Source: an uncultured delta proteobacterium
Lineage (GTDB): Bacteria; Desulfobacterota; Binatia; Binatales; Binataceae
Reading direction: 5' to 3'
NCBI GenBank assembly: GCA_963711565.1
Contig: CAVQEQ010000004.1
Location: forward strand, 1,440,001-1,504,000
DNA length: 64,000 bases
The notes beneath the pieces are model-generated. The model had not been told where the DNA came from. It made no database searches and worked only from the letters and a program-made list of their open reading frames with translations. Of this stretch, positions 9,824-19,544 are shown piece by piece. The first letter of the stretch is position 1. Every line of letters starts with the position of its first letter. The translations under genes were made by a program, and so were the position numbers.

Positions 9824-9879
9824 ATATACAAAATATACAAATACAAAGCGCTGCAACTGCTGGTCGCGTTGCGCGGAGA

Positions 9880-11943
9880 TTACGCGGCTTGCGAGGTTTG
9901 CGGTATCGCCATCGAGCCTGCGCCTACCCGGATCGGGAGAATCACGAGACTGTAGCCGTAGAGCTGCAGCCAGTTCTGGATTTCGACTGAGGTGTGATTG
10001 TGCAGGAAGCGGCCGATAAACCCTTCGACCTCGTCGGAGAAGATGAGCTTGCCGGCGAAGAACACGACGTGCGGAAATTCGTGCGCGACCTCCAGGCATA
10101 GACGCCGCAGCTCGACGACCACGTCGGGCGCCAAACCGGCGCGCAATTCGGGATGCATCCCCAGGTCGGCGGCGAACTGGCAATATTCGTTAAGGTCCTC
10201 GGACATTCGCGTCTCGAGCTCGTGCACTTCTTCGGGACCCTTAAGCAGCGCCGCATCGACTTCACCGACTCCGATGAAAACGACGTTGCGGAATTCGTCC
10301 TTGAACAACTGTGTGACCGCGATTAGCGTCGCCAGGCCGAGGCCGTTGAATCCGCTGACCAGGATGGCAGCTGTCGGCGCGTCGGGATCTCGCTTGGCGG
10401 GCTCGAGCTTCTTGACCGCATACAGTTTCGGCAGGATGTCGGCCTCAAGCTGCTCGATTGCCTTCGAGACCCGCTCGTAGTGATGCCGCACCGTGTAACA
10501 CACCGCGATCAATCCGCCCGTGATAACGACGGTCACCCATCCGCCGTCGTGGAACTTGAGCGTGAGCGTGATCACCAGGATCGTCGCCGTGAAGATTGTG
10601 CCGACGCCGTTGATGCTCATCTTGCGGAGCCATCGCTTTTCGTTCTTGCGCTCGATCCACCAATGCGTAGTCATCCCGAGCTGCGAGAGCGTGAACGTCA
10701 CGAAGACGTTGATCGCATACAGGACGACCAGCAGGTCGACCTTCGCCTCGGTGCCGATGAGCAGCAGGATTGCGGCGAGCCCGATGGTGATGACGCCGTC
10801 CTGCGTCACTAGCCGTGCGCTCAGGTTTGCGAACCGCCTCGGCAGCCATCGGTCGGTCGCCATCGTAGCGAGCACGCGCGGTCCGTCGACGAACCCGGTC
10901 TGCGCGGCGACGAACAGCAGCGCGCCCTCGGTCAGCAGCGCGAAGGTGATTATCAACGGCCCGATCTGCCATCCGAACAGATGCCAGTTGGTCGCAAGCC
11001 GCTCGAACATGACGGCATTGAGTGTCTTGCCGGGCTCGGCGTCAACGTTGAGCAGCAGATAGCCGAGTAGAATTCCGCCCGCGAGGAAAGCGAGCGACAC
11101 CGCCATGTACATCATCGTGCGCTTGCCGGTCTCGGCGCGCGGCTCGCGCAGAATCGGCAGGCCGTTGCTCACTGCCTCGATTCCCGTGTAGGTGCCACCG
11201 CCAAGGCTGTAGGCGCGGAAGAAAATCACCGCGAGCGCGAGCATCCCAATACTGTTCGAGCTGGCGTGGACCTCGCGCACAGCGTGTCCGACGATTGTCG
11301 GCAACTCCGGCGCGCGGCTCAGGATCGCGTAGCCGACCAGCCACACATGCATCACGATGAACGCGATGAAGATCGGCAGGAGCGACAGCACCGATTCCTT
11401 CACTCCGCGCAGGTTCATCAGGACCATCAGCACGACGACCAAAATGCACAGCCAGAACTTGTAGGGCAGCCATGAGACGGGCAGGAAGCTGAAGATGGCG
11501 TCGGCGCCGCTGGCGATTGAAATCGCAATGGTCAGCACGTAGTCCACGACCAGCGCCGAGCCGGAGATCAGGCCGAAATATTTGCCGAGCAATTTGGTCG
11601 CGACCAGGTAGCCGCCGCCGCCCGTCGGGAACAGATCGATCGTCTGCGAGTATGATGCGGAAATAATAAAGACGGTCAGCGCCATCAGCATCGCGAGGAA
11701 CACGGCGAGGTACTGATGATGTCCGAGCGCGAGGAAGGCTTCCTCGGGACCATAGCAGGAGGAGCTCAGGCCGTCGGAGCCCAGGCCCACCCAGGCGAGA
11801 AACGCGATCAAAGACAGGCTATGGAAGATTTCGGGATCGCGAACGTCGCGCGGCGGTCCTATCAGGACGTCGCTAATAGTGCGCTTGCCCGACTTCGCGC
11901 TGCTCGAGCTAGTGGTTTTCGAGCCGATGATTGGTGCTGCCAT
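9880..11943 (-). CDS. APC-superfamily transporter with soluble C-terminal domain (KimA/amino-acid permease-like)
   Basis: SDGLSSSCYGPEE, FPTGGGGY, YTGIEAVSNG, LYAINVFVTFTLSQLGM, KFHDGGW. Confidence 0.85.
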   Translation of the reverse strand: MAAPIIGSKTTSSSSAKSGKRTISDVLIGPPRDVRDPEIFHSLSLIAFLAWVGLGSDGLSSSCYGPEEAFLALGHHQYLAVFLAMLMALTVFIISASYSQTIDLFPTGGGGYLVATKLLGKYFGLISGSALVVDYVLTIAISIASGADAIFSFLPVSWLPYKFWLCILVVVLMVLMNLRGVKESVLSLLPIFIAFIVMHVWLVGYAILSRAPELPTIVGHAVREVHASSNSIGMLALAVIFFRAYSLGGGTYTGIEAVSNGLPILREPRAETGKRTMMYMAVSLAFLAGGILLGYLLLNVDAEPGKTLNAVMFERLATNWHLFGWQIGPLIITFALLTEGALLFVAAQTGFVDGPRVLATMATDRWLPRRFANLSARLVTQDGVITIGLAAILLLIGTEAKVDLLVVLYAINVFVTFTLSQLGMTTHWWIERKNEKRWLRKMSINGVGTIFTATILVITLTLKFHDGGWVTVVITGGLIAVCYTVRHHYERVSKAIEQLEADILPKLYAVKKLEPAKRDPDAPTAAILVSGFNGLGLATLIAVTQLFKDEFRNVVFIGVGEVDAALLKGPEEVHELETRMSEDLNEYCQFAADLGMHPELRAGLAPDVVVELRRLCLEVAHEFPHVVFFAGKLIFSDEVEGFIGRFLHNHTSVEIQNWLQLYGYSLVILPIRVGAGSMAIPQTSQAA

Positions 11944-12036
11944 TCGAGTGTGCGACGGTCCGCTCTTGCAATTTGCAAATCTACGGGAAAATCAAAGATT
12001 GCGCAAAGCAATGCGGCGCAGTCGTCGCAGGTCGTC

Positions 12037-12939
12037 TCACACTGTGTAGACGGCGCGCGGCAATCCGAGCTGATAGCGCGTCGCGTCGATCAGGTTCTGC
12101 ATCAGCGCGACCACGGTCATCGGACCGGTGCCACCGGGATTGAGCGTGATCCACCCCGCGACTTCTTTCACGGCTTCGAAATCGACATCGCCAACGAACT
12201 GGCCGGGGCCGACTCGGCGGAAGCCCACGTCAATCACGCATGCGCCAGGCTTCACCATATCGGACGTGATGAGGTACGGGCGGCCGGTGTCGGCGCCGAC
12301 GCATGGGATGAGGATGTCAGCCTCGCGGCAAATCGCGGCGAGACTGCGCGTGTGGCGATGGCACCACGTAATCGTCGCGTTGCGCAGTCGTCCGCCAAGT
12401 ATCAGCGCGGTCGGCTTGCCCGCGATATCGCTGCGCCCGATGACGACGGTGCGCGCTCCGTCAACGGGCACCTTGTAGTAGTCGAGCAACGTGAGCACGC
12501 CGCGCGGAGTGCATGGGATAAAGCGTCCCCACCGGCCGCGATAAAAGCCTCCGACGCTGGCCGAGCTGACGGCGTCGAGATCTTTTTCAGGCACGATCGC
12601 ATCGAACAGACGGAAGCGATCGACGGAATCGGGGATCGGCAACTGCAGCAGGATCGCGTTGACGCGCGCGTCGGCGTTGAGCTCCTCGATCAGGGCCAGC
12701 AACGCGTTAGTGCTCGCGTCCGCGGACTTCATTCGCACTGTACGGCTGTCGCATCCAAGCTCGGCCGCCACCCGCTGTTTGTTCTTGACGTATTGCCGCG
12801 ACGCGGGATCGTCGCCGACCAGGATCGCCGCCAGCGACGGCGTGCATCCGAACTTGCTCTTGAGCTCGTCAACGTTGGCGCGCAATTCCGGCATCAGATG
12901 CGCGCTGAGCGCCCGGCCATCCATGATGATTGCAGCCAT
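12037..12939 (-). CDS. folD: Bifunctional methylene-THF dehydrogenase/cyclohydrolase
   Basis: ILVGDDPAS..YVKNK, ILLQLP, PCTPRG, GRSDIAGKP, VIDVG, VGDVDF, PGGTGPMT. Confidence 0.95.
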   Translation of the reverse strand: MAAIIMDGRALSAHLMPELRANVDELKSKFGCTPSLAAILVGDDPASRQYVKNKQRVAAELGCDSRTVRMKSADASTNALLALIEELNADARVNAILLQLPIPDSVDRFRLFDAIVPEKDLDAVSSASVGGFYRGRWGRFIPCTPRGVLTLLDYYKVPVDGARTVVIGRSDIAGKPTALILGGRLRNATITWCHRHTRSLAAICREADILIPCVGADTGRPYLITSDMVKPGACVIDVGFRRVGPGQFVGDVDFEAVKEVAGWITLNPGGTGPMTVVALMQNLIDATRYQLGLPRAVYTV

Positions 12940-13068
12940 CGGGTACGATTCGATTATAGCACCGGTATGCGCCGAGCAAGGCGCTGTGGACAGAAGTCGG
13001 CGCTTGTTGGCAGATCACGCGGGGTCGTCTCGTTCGACTGGAAGGGGTCTGTTAGAATTTTGCCGCTG

Positions 13069-14199
13069 ATGAATGCGCCCAAGCGCACTGTTCTGTTCGA
13101 CCTTCACCAAAAACTCGGCGCGCGGATGACGGTTTTCGGTGGTTTCGAGATGCCCGTCAGTTACAGCGGGATTATCGAGGAGCATCTTGCGGTCCGCAAT
13201 TCGGCGGGAATTTTCGATCTGAGTCACATGGGCGAGTTTGAAATCAGCGGGCCGCACGCGCTTGCGACGATCGAGCGCGCGTTCACCAATTCCGCGGCGC
13301 GGCTGAAGCTCGGGCAGGCGCAGTACACGATTATGTGCGCGGAGGACGGCGGCACGCTCGACGACCTGATCGTGTATCGGCTCGAATCGGAGCGCTACAT
13401 GCTCTGCGTCAACGCGTCCAATATCGACGCGGACCGCGAATGGATCGTCGAGCTCAACGGTGGACGCGCGAAGTTCGAGGACGTGAGCGACGCGACCGCG
13501 CTGATCGCGGTGCAGGGGCCGGTGGCCGTCGCGATACTGGCGATTCTCGCGGATTTCCCGATCGCCGACGTCCCGCGTTTCGGAATCGCCGGCGGACAAG
13601 TCGCCGGCATCACCTGCCTGGCTGCGCGAACCGGCTATACCGGCGAAGACGGCTTCGAACTATTCGTGGACAACGACGGCGCGCGGCAATTGTTTGAGGC
13701 GATCCTCGACGCCGGCGCGGCGGCCAATGCCAAGCCGGTCGGGCTGGGTGCACGCGACACGTTGCGGCTCGAAGCGGGACTTCCGCTTTACGGTCACGAA
13801 CTCGATCGCAATTCGTCGCCGCTAGAAGCGGGCCTGAGCACGTTCGTAAAGCTCGGTCGCGACTTCGTCGGCAGCGCGGCACTCACGACGCAACGGGACA
13901 TGGGCCTGAAGAAAAAATTGATCGGACTGCAGACTGACGACGGCAGGATGGTCGCGCGCCAGGGCTACCGCGTCTTTCGAAACGGCGACGAGGCCGGCGT
14001 CATCACGAGCGGGACGTTCGCGCCGTCGATTCAACGACCGATCGCGATGGCGTATCTGAACATCGCGGGCAAAAATCCACCGGCCGTCGGCGAGCCGCTC
14101 GAAGTTGAAATTCGCGAGCGCAAAACTCGCGCGACAATCGTGCGGCGCCCGTTCTATCGGCACGGCGAAGACCATGCGGCATCAACTGCGAGCGTATGA
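13069..14199 (+). CDS. gcvT: Glycine cleavage system aminomethyltransferase T
   Basis: FGGFEMPVSY, FDLSHMGE, ARTGYTGEDGFE, GLGARDTLRLEAGLPLYG; true start ATG 13069 rather than 11716. Confidence 0.96.
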   Translation: MNAPKRTVLFDLHQKLGARMTVFGGFEMPVSYSGIIEEHLAVRNSAGIFDLSHMGEFEISGPHALATIERAFTNSAARLKLGQAQYTIMCAEDGGTLDDLIVYRLESERYMLCVNASNIDADREWIVELNGGRAKFEDVSDATALIAVQGPVAVAILAILADFPIADVPRFGIAGGQVAGITCLAARTGYTGEDGFELFVDNDGARQLFEAILDAGAAANAKPVGLGARDTLRLEAGLPLYGHELDRNSSPLEAGLSTFVKLGRDFVGSAALTTQRDMGLKKKLIGLQTDDGRMVARQGYRVFRNGDEAGVITSGTFAPSIQRPIAMAYLNIAGKNPPAVGEPLEVEIRERKTRATIVRRPFYRHGEDHAASTASV

Positions 14200-14222
14200 T
14201 TGAATGAGGACAAACTGATTCC

Positions 14223-15572
14223 ATGAGATTCATGCCACATACCGACGGCGACGTCGCGGCGATGCTCGAAACGATCGGCGCGAAGCATCTCGACGATCTG
14301 ATAGCGCACGTGCCGGCGAACTTGCGCGCAAGTGCGGCGATCGATCTCGACCCGGGGTGCAGCGAAGCGGATGTCGTTCGCGAGATTTCGGCGCTGGCGG
14401 CGCGCAATACTGGCGCGTCGGGGTTCACGAGCTTCCTGGGCGCCGGCTACTATCGACATTTTGTGCCTGCCGCGGTGCGCGCCGTGATCGCGCGCGCGGA
14501 GTTCGCGACCAGCTACACGCCGTACCAGGCCGAGGCGAGCCAGGGGACCACGCAGGCAATTTTCGAATTTCAGACATTGATCACCCAGCTCACCGCGATG
14601 GAAGTCGCCAACGCCAGTATGTACGACGGCGCGTCGGCTGCCGCCGAGGCGGTCCTGATGGCGCGACGGGTGATGCCGAAACGCCCGGTCGTCGCGCTGT
14701 CACGAGCGCTGTGGCCGGACTATCGCGCGACCATCCGCACCTACCTGAGCGCGCTCAAAGGAATCGAGATCGTCGAAGTACCATTTGATGATACGACCGG
14801 CGCGACCGATGCCGCCGCGCTCGATCGTATCGCCAACGATCGGCTGCTTTGCACGGTTACCGGCTATCCCAACGCGTTGGGCGTCATCGAGCCTCTTGCC
14901 TCTATTACTGAAAAAACGCATCGCGCAGGCGCTCTCGCGATTTCCGCGACTGCCGAGGGAATCGCGCTGGGACTGCTGCGCGCGCCCGGCGAACTGGGCG
15001 TCGATATCGCAGTCGGCGAAGGTCAAAGTTTCGGGCTGCCGCTGCAATTCGGCGGACCCGGCGTCGGCTTCATGGCCGCACGAACGACTCATCTGCGCCA
15101 GATGCCGGGACGCCTAGTCGGACAGACTCGCGATCGCGACGGTCGCCGCGCGTTTTGCCTCACGCTGAACACGCGTGAGCAGCATATTCGCCGCGAACGC
15201 GCGACCTCGAACATCTGTACCAACCATTCTCTGTGCGCGCTCGCGGCGACGGTCTATCTCTCGCTGATGGGCCGCAGCGGACTGCGCGAACTGGCGGAAC
15301 GAAACGTCGAACTGTCGCATCGAGCGGCTGACGTGCTGGAGGCCGCCGGAATCCGCCGTCGCTTCTCGGGGCCGTTCTTCAACGAATTCGCGTTGAAGCT
15401 CGCGAATCCCGCAGCCGCTCTGGAAGCGGCCGAGCGCAACCAAATCCTCGCGGGCGTCGCGCTCGGCAACGACTACCCCGAGCTTCGCGACGCGCTTCTG
15501 GTTTCTGTAACCGAGATGAATCGTGGCGATGAGTTCGGCCGGCTTGCGGCGGCAATTGCGGAGGTGCGGTGA
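14223..15572 (+). CDS. gcvPA: Glycine dehydrogenase subunit 1
   Basis: MRFMPHT, FLGAGYY, SYTPYQAEASQG, NASMYDG, TREQHIRRERATSNICTN. Confidence 0.97.
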   Translation: MRFMPHTDGDVAAMLETIGAKHLDDLIAHVPANLRASAAIDLDPGCSEADVVREISALAARNTGASGFTSFLGAGYYRHFVPAAVRAVIARAEFATSYTPYQAEASQGTTQAIFEFQTLITQLTAMEVANASMYDGASAAAEAVLMARRVMPKRPVVALSRALWPDYRATIRTYLSALKGIEIVEVPFDDTTGATDAAALDRIANDRLLCTVTGYPNALGVIEPLASITEKTHRAGALAISATAEGIALGLLRAPGELGVDIAVGEGQSFGLPLQFGGPGVGFMAARTTHLRQMPGRLVGQTRDRDGRRAFCLTLNTREQHIRRERATSNICTNHSLCALAATVYLSLMGRSGLRELAERNVELSHRAADVLEAAGIRRRFSGPFFNEFALKLANPAAALEAAERNQILAGVALGNDYPELRDALLVSVTEMNRGDEFGRLAAAIAEVR

Positions 15573-17092
15573 TGGCGAGTGCGGGCAGAATCGTCCCGAT
15601 TGTTGAAACTCCGGCAACTTCCGAAAGGATCGAACCGGTGGCGGGCGTGCCGCTGATTTTCGAACTTTCATCCGAAGGCCGCCGCGGTACCGATCTGTCG
15701 CCGCGTGCTGCCGGCGATCGATCTGGCGCTGAACTCCTGGGCGCCGAGCTTTGCCGCGAGGATCTTCCCGGCTTTCCCGAACTCAGCGAGCCGCAGGTGC
15801 TACGACATTTCCTGCGCCTGTCGCAGCTCAACTTCGCGCAGGCGCTCGAGTTCTACCCGCTCGGCTCGTGCACGATGAAGTACAACCCCGTCGTGAACGA
15901 CGAGCTCGCCGCTCTACCCGGACTCGGAGGGCTGCATCCCGCGACACCCGCGCATCTGGCGCAAGGCGCGCTCGAACTGATCGCGCGGATGGAAGCCGCG
16001 CTCGCGGAGATAACCGGCATGGACGCCGTGTCGCTGCATCCGGCGGCCGGCGCGCAGGGCGAGTTAACGGGCCTGTTGATGATCCGCGCATATCATCGCA
16101 AGCGCGGCGAGGTGCGACACAAGGTGATCATCCCGGATACCGCGCATGGCACCAATCCCGCCAGCTGCACGCTCGCGGGCTTCGAGGTGGTCGTCGCGAA
16201 ATCGAATCGTCGCGGATACCTCGAAGCGGCCGAGGTTCGCCGTATCGTCAGCGACGACGTGGCCGCGATGATGGTCACAAATCCGAACACGCTCGGAATC
16301 TTCGAGCCCGAGATCCAGGAGATCGCGGCGGCGTTGCATGAGCGCGGCGCGATGCTCTATCTCGACGGGGCGAACATGAACGCGTTGCTCGGCGTCGCGA
16401 AGCCCGGGCACATGGGCGCGGACATCGTGCAACTGAATCTGCACAAAAGTTTTTCGACTCCGCACGGCGGCGGTGGCCCCGGCGCTGGACCGGTCGCGGT
16501 TAAGAAGCATCTCGAGCCGTTCCTGCCGATGCCACGCTTGAAGCATTCCCGCGCCGGTTACGAATTCGACGCCGAGCGGCCGGACTCGATCGGACGGATG
16601 CGCTCGTTTCACAACAACTTCGGAATGATCGTGCGCGCCTACGCGTACATCCTCGCGCTCGGCGGCGACGGCCTCGGAATGGCGAGCCGGCTCGCGATTC
16701 TCGGCGCGAACTACGTGCGCAAGCGGCTGCAACCGCATTTTCCGAGCGCGACCGGCGAGCCTTCGATGCATGAATGCGTGCTTTCGCACGATCTTGAAAA
16801 GCGCGCCGACGTGAGCACGCTCGAAATCGCCAAGCGCCTGCTCGATTTCGGCATCCATCCGCCGACCATTTATTTCCCGCTGGTGGTGCCGGGCGCGTTG
16901 ATGATCGAGCCAACCGAAACCGAGAGCAAGGAAATCCTGGACAGCTTCATCGAAGCGATGGAGCGGATTTACGACGAAGCGTTGAACGATCCCGAGCGCG
17001 TCAAGAATGCGCCGCAGACTTTGCCGGTCTCGCGCGTCGACGAGGCCCTGGCCGCGCGCCGCCCGATCCTGAGGTGGGAGAAAAAGGCGTAG
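15569..17092 (+). CDS. gcvPB: Glycine dehydrogenase subunit 2 (PLP-binding)
   Basis: FYPLGSCTMKYNP, AHGTNPAS, YLDGANMN, NLHKSFSTPHGGGGPG, IEPTETES. Confidence 0.97.
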   Translation: MMASAGRIVPIVETPATSERIEPVAGVPLIFELSSEGRRGTDLSPRAAGDRSGAELLGAELCREDLPGFPELSEPQVLRHFLRLSQLNFAQALEFYPLGSCTMKYNPVVNDELAALPGLGGLHPATPAHLAQGALELIARMEAALAEITGMDAVSLHPAAGAQGELTGLLMIRAYHRKRGEVRHKVIIPDTAHGTNPASCTLAGFEVVVAKSNRRGYLEAAEVRRIVSDDVAAMMVTNPNTLGIFEPEIQEIAAALHERGAMLYLDGANMNALLGVAKPGHMGADIVQLNLHKSFSTPHGGGGPGAGPVAVKKHLEPFLPMPRLKHSRAGYEFDAERPDSIGRMRSFHNNFGMIVRAYAYILALGGDGLGMASRLAILGANYVRKRLQPHFPSATGEPSMHECVLSHDLEKRADVSTLEIAKRLLDFGIHPPTIYFPLVVPGALMIEPTETESKEILDSFIEAMERIYDEALNDPERVKNAPQTLPVSRVDEALAARRPILRWEKKA

Positions 17093-17130
17093 CAACTTTC
17101 TCCGCGGGCCTCGCCCCCTCCCTATCCGGT

Positions 17131-17165
17131 TCCCCTTCCCGCGCGGGAAGGGGTTAGGGGTTAGG
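17131..17165 (+). repeat. Single CCC(T)TCCC..GGGA(A/G)GGG..AGG palindromic repeat arm
   Basis: CCCCTTCCC-GCGC-GGGAAGGGG-TTAGGGGTTAGG; same architecture as the arms at 42345, 52242 and 60236. Confidence 0.55.
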
Positions 17166-17197
17166 TTCCTTCACATCTGCGCGATGTCGGGTGCCCC

Positions 17198-17249
17198 GCT
17201 GTCCGAGGTCCTTCCATCCGCTCGCGTTGCTCGCTTCGGTTAGGATGAC
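17198..17249 (-). repeat. GTCAT-type REP-like element overlapping the mobA stop
   Basis: Minus strand GTCATCCTAACCGAAGCGAGCAACGCGAGCGGATGGAAGGACCTCGGACAGC; similar to 60863-60913. Confidence 0.65.
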
Positions 17250-17860
17250 GCGAGGCCGGCGAGCTTGAGGGCGTGCTTGTAGTCCTCGGGCGTGTTCACG
17301 TTGAAGAAGCTGCGGAGCTGCGGATCAATCGTTCTCAGTTCTTCTTCGCCGACTTTTCTCGCGTTGATCGCGTTGGCGCCGGCGGTCAGGCGCTTCTCGC
17401 CGCTCGCTGCGAGCGACTCGATCGCGTTTGCACATCTCTTGCGATAGACCGCGTGCAGCGGCTGCAACTTGCCGCCGACTTCCGGAATCACTGCGTCGAA
17501 TTCATTGAGCATCGCTACCAGCTCGGCAGCAACGTCGGAATTCAATAGCGGCAGATCGCACGAGCAGACGAAAGCGACAGTGTGCTCGAGCGCATTCAGG
17601 CCACGCCGGAGCGCGTCGAGCGGACCCGCGAACGCGGTCTCGTCATGAACGATCTTCAATCCGGGAATCTCGATGCGCGGCTGCCCTTCCGACGCGGGCG
17701 CCGCGACGATCACGATTTCGTCGAACCGCCGTTTGAGCTCGACCACAATCCTGGTGAGCAACGGCATCCCGCCGAAATCAAGCGCCGCCTTGGGCTGGCC
17801 CATCCGCGAGCTGCGCCCGCCGACGAGCACGATCGCAGCGGCTTCATTGGCTGACTGCAC
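17240..17860 (-). CDS. mobA: Molybdenum cofactor guanylyltransferase
   Basis: IVLVGGRSSRMGQPKA, AGPL, SCDLPLL, QPLHAVY, FFNVNTPED. Confidence 0.93.
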   Translation of the reverse strand: MQSANEAAAIVLVGGRSSRMGQPKAALDFGGMPLLTRIVVELKRRFDEIVIVAAPASEGQPRIEIPGLKIVHDETAFAGPLDALRRGLNALEHTVAFVCSCDLPLLNSDVAAELVAMLNEFDAVIPEVGGKLQPLHAVYRKRCANAIESLAASGEKRLTAGANAINARKVGEEELRTIDPQLRSFFNVNTPEDYKHALKLAGLASS

Positions 17861-18470
17861 TACTCTCTGCCGCGCGATTGACGCGCAACTCGGTGCCGAT
17901 GATCCGCAACGCCTCGGGATGAAAGATCAGTGCGAGATGCCCGACATTGTGCAGCGTCACAATCCGCGCGAACGCCGCGCTTGTCGTCAGCGCCTCGATC
18001 GGCGCCGGCACGATCGGGTCGTCATCGCCGAAAATCCCGACCTCCCTGGGACTCCATTGAGCGTACGAATACGGCGAGCCGAGCGTGATAAGAGAGCGCA
18101 CCGCGCGTCTGGGCGCGGCCACCGCATAGCGCCGGGCCACGGTACCGCCGAGGCTGTGGCCGATCAGATGTACGCCGCTGCCGCCGGATTTTTCCTCAAC
18201 GACGCGGCCGAGCTGCGCGGCGGAATCGCCGAGCGTCTGCCATCGCGGGTACTCGAAATACGAAACGTTGTCGAATCCCACCAGCCGAATGTACGCGCCC
18301 AGCGCCAGCAGATTCGAGCGGCTGCCGCCGAAGCCGTGAAGCAGGATGACGGGTTCGCTTGACGGCTCGCAGAAGTAGGGCTCGCCTCGTTTGAGCAGCC
18401 AATCTACCGGATACGATCCGATCAACGCGCCAGCCGCGGCGATTTCAGTGATGACAGTTCTCGTGTTCAA
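17844..18470 (-). CDS. Alpha/beta hydrolase (lipase/esterase-like)
   Basis: LLHGFGG oxyanion motif, GHSLGG nucleophile, ITLGSP, DPIV, GHL. Confidence 0.85.
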   Translation of the reverse strand: MNTRTVITEIAAAGALIGSYPVDWLLKRGEPYFCEPSSEPVILLHGFGGSRSNLLALGAYIRLVGFDNVSYFEYPRWQTLGDSAAQLGRVVEEKSGGSGVHLIGHSLGGTVARRYAVAAPRRAVRSLITLGSPYSYAQWSPREVGIFGDDDPIVPAPIEALTTSAAFARIVTLHNVGHLALIFHPEALRIIGTELRVNRAAESSAVSQ

Positions 18471-18646
18471 GAATCTCCTCCTCCCACCTCACACCCGCTT
18501 GCTGCGAGTAAAAGGTACTCACGCTGAATGTCCTCGGCAACCGCCACGACGGGTGTTTGCGCACGCGCGTCGGACCGGCGCACAATGCCTAGCGCGACGC
18601 CCCGACCATCAGTTCCGTGCCACGGCGCCCAAGCGAGGTGACCCTT

Positions 18647-19525
18647 ATGAGCGAAGCCAAGCGGGAATCCAAAGGACCGGTGCGCGGATATTTCTTCGAC
18701 AAATCGGTGGTCGTGACCGGCGCCTCGAGCGGTATCGGCCACAACGTCGCGCTCGCGTTCGGCGAACAAGGCGCGCAGGTTGCCCTGCTTGCGCGCCGGC
18801 GCGTCCAGCTCGAAACTCTGGCGCACAAAATCAACAAGGCCGGCGGCAAGGCGCTCGCGCTCGATTGCGACGTGACCGATCGCGCGCGCGTATTTTGGGC
18901 GATCGAGCAGGTCAAGGAAGCCTTCGGCAAAGTCGACATCCTGATTAACTCGGCGGGATTGCTAGTCACATCAACGGTCGAGGAGATGCGTCCCGAAGAT
19001 CTCGAAAAGATGATGGCGGTGAACGTCTTCGGCGCGCTCAACGCGATGCAGGCGGTGCTGCCTGTGATGCGCAAGGCCAAGTCGGGCAATGTCGTGAACA
19101 TCTCGTCGCTGGCGGGACGCCGGGGCGTCAGCCCGCTCGGCGGTTACAGCTCGACCAAGTTTGCGCTGGTCGGAATGACGGAAGCGCTGCGCGTCGAGCT
19201 CTTCAACACCGGGATAAAAGTGTCGCTGGTGATGCCAGGGGTGATCGATACGCCGATGGCCCGCAACGCGCTCAAGCACGACACGCTCAAAGGCGTGCCC
19301 GCGATGATGGCGATGCCGGCACGATGGGTGACGTGGGCGGTGCTCGCCGCGGCCGCGTTCGGGCTCACGGAAGTGGACGTCCCTCCCGGCGCCGCGGTGG
19401 CGGAAAAACTCGCGTCGCTGTTCCCCGGCGTCACCGACGCGCTGCTGAGCGTCGGCACCCGGGTCATGCAGGGTGCGGCAACGTTCATGGGTGGTGGCAA
19501 GGCAGAACACAAAGCGAAGTCTTAG
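18647..19525 (+). CDS. Short-chain dehydrogenase/reductase
   Basis: VTGASSGIG, INSAG, YSSTKF; ATG 18647 follows GAGG. Confidence 0.92.
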   Translation: MSEAKRESKGPVRGYFFDKSVVVTGASSGIGHNVALAFGEQGAQVALLARRRVQLETLAHKINKAGGKALALDCDVTDRARVFWAIEQVKEAFGKVDILINSAGLLVTSTVEEMRPEDLEKMMAVNVFGALNAMQAVLPVMRKAKSGNVVNISSLAGRRGVSPLGGYSSTKFALVGMTEALRVELFNTGIKVSLVMPGVIDTPMARNALKHDTLKGVPAMMAMPARWVTWAVLAAAAFGLTEVDVPPGAAVAEKLASLFPGVTDALLSVGTRVMQGAATFMGGGKAEHKAKS

Positions 19526-19544
19526 AAAATCGAGAAGTATCGGG

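Noticed and set aside
11716-13068. Apparent 450-aa N-terminal extension of GcvT (827-aa ORF)
   Set aside because: It is the antisense frame of folD and the APC gene start; GcvT homology begins at ATG 13069.
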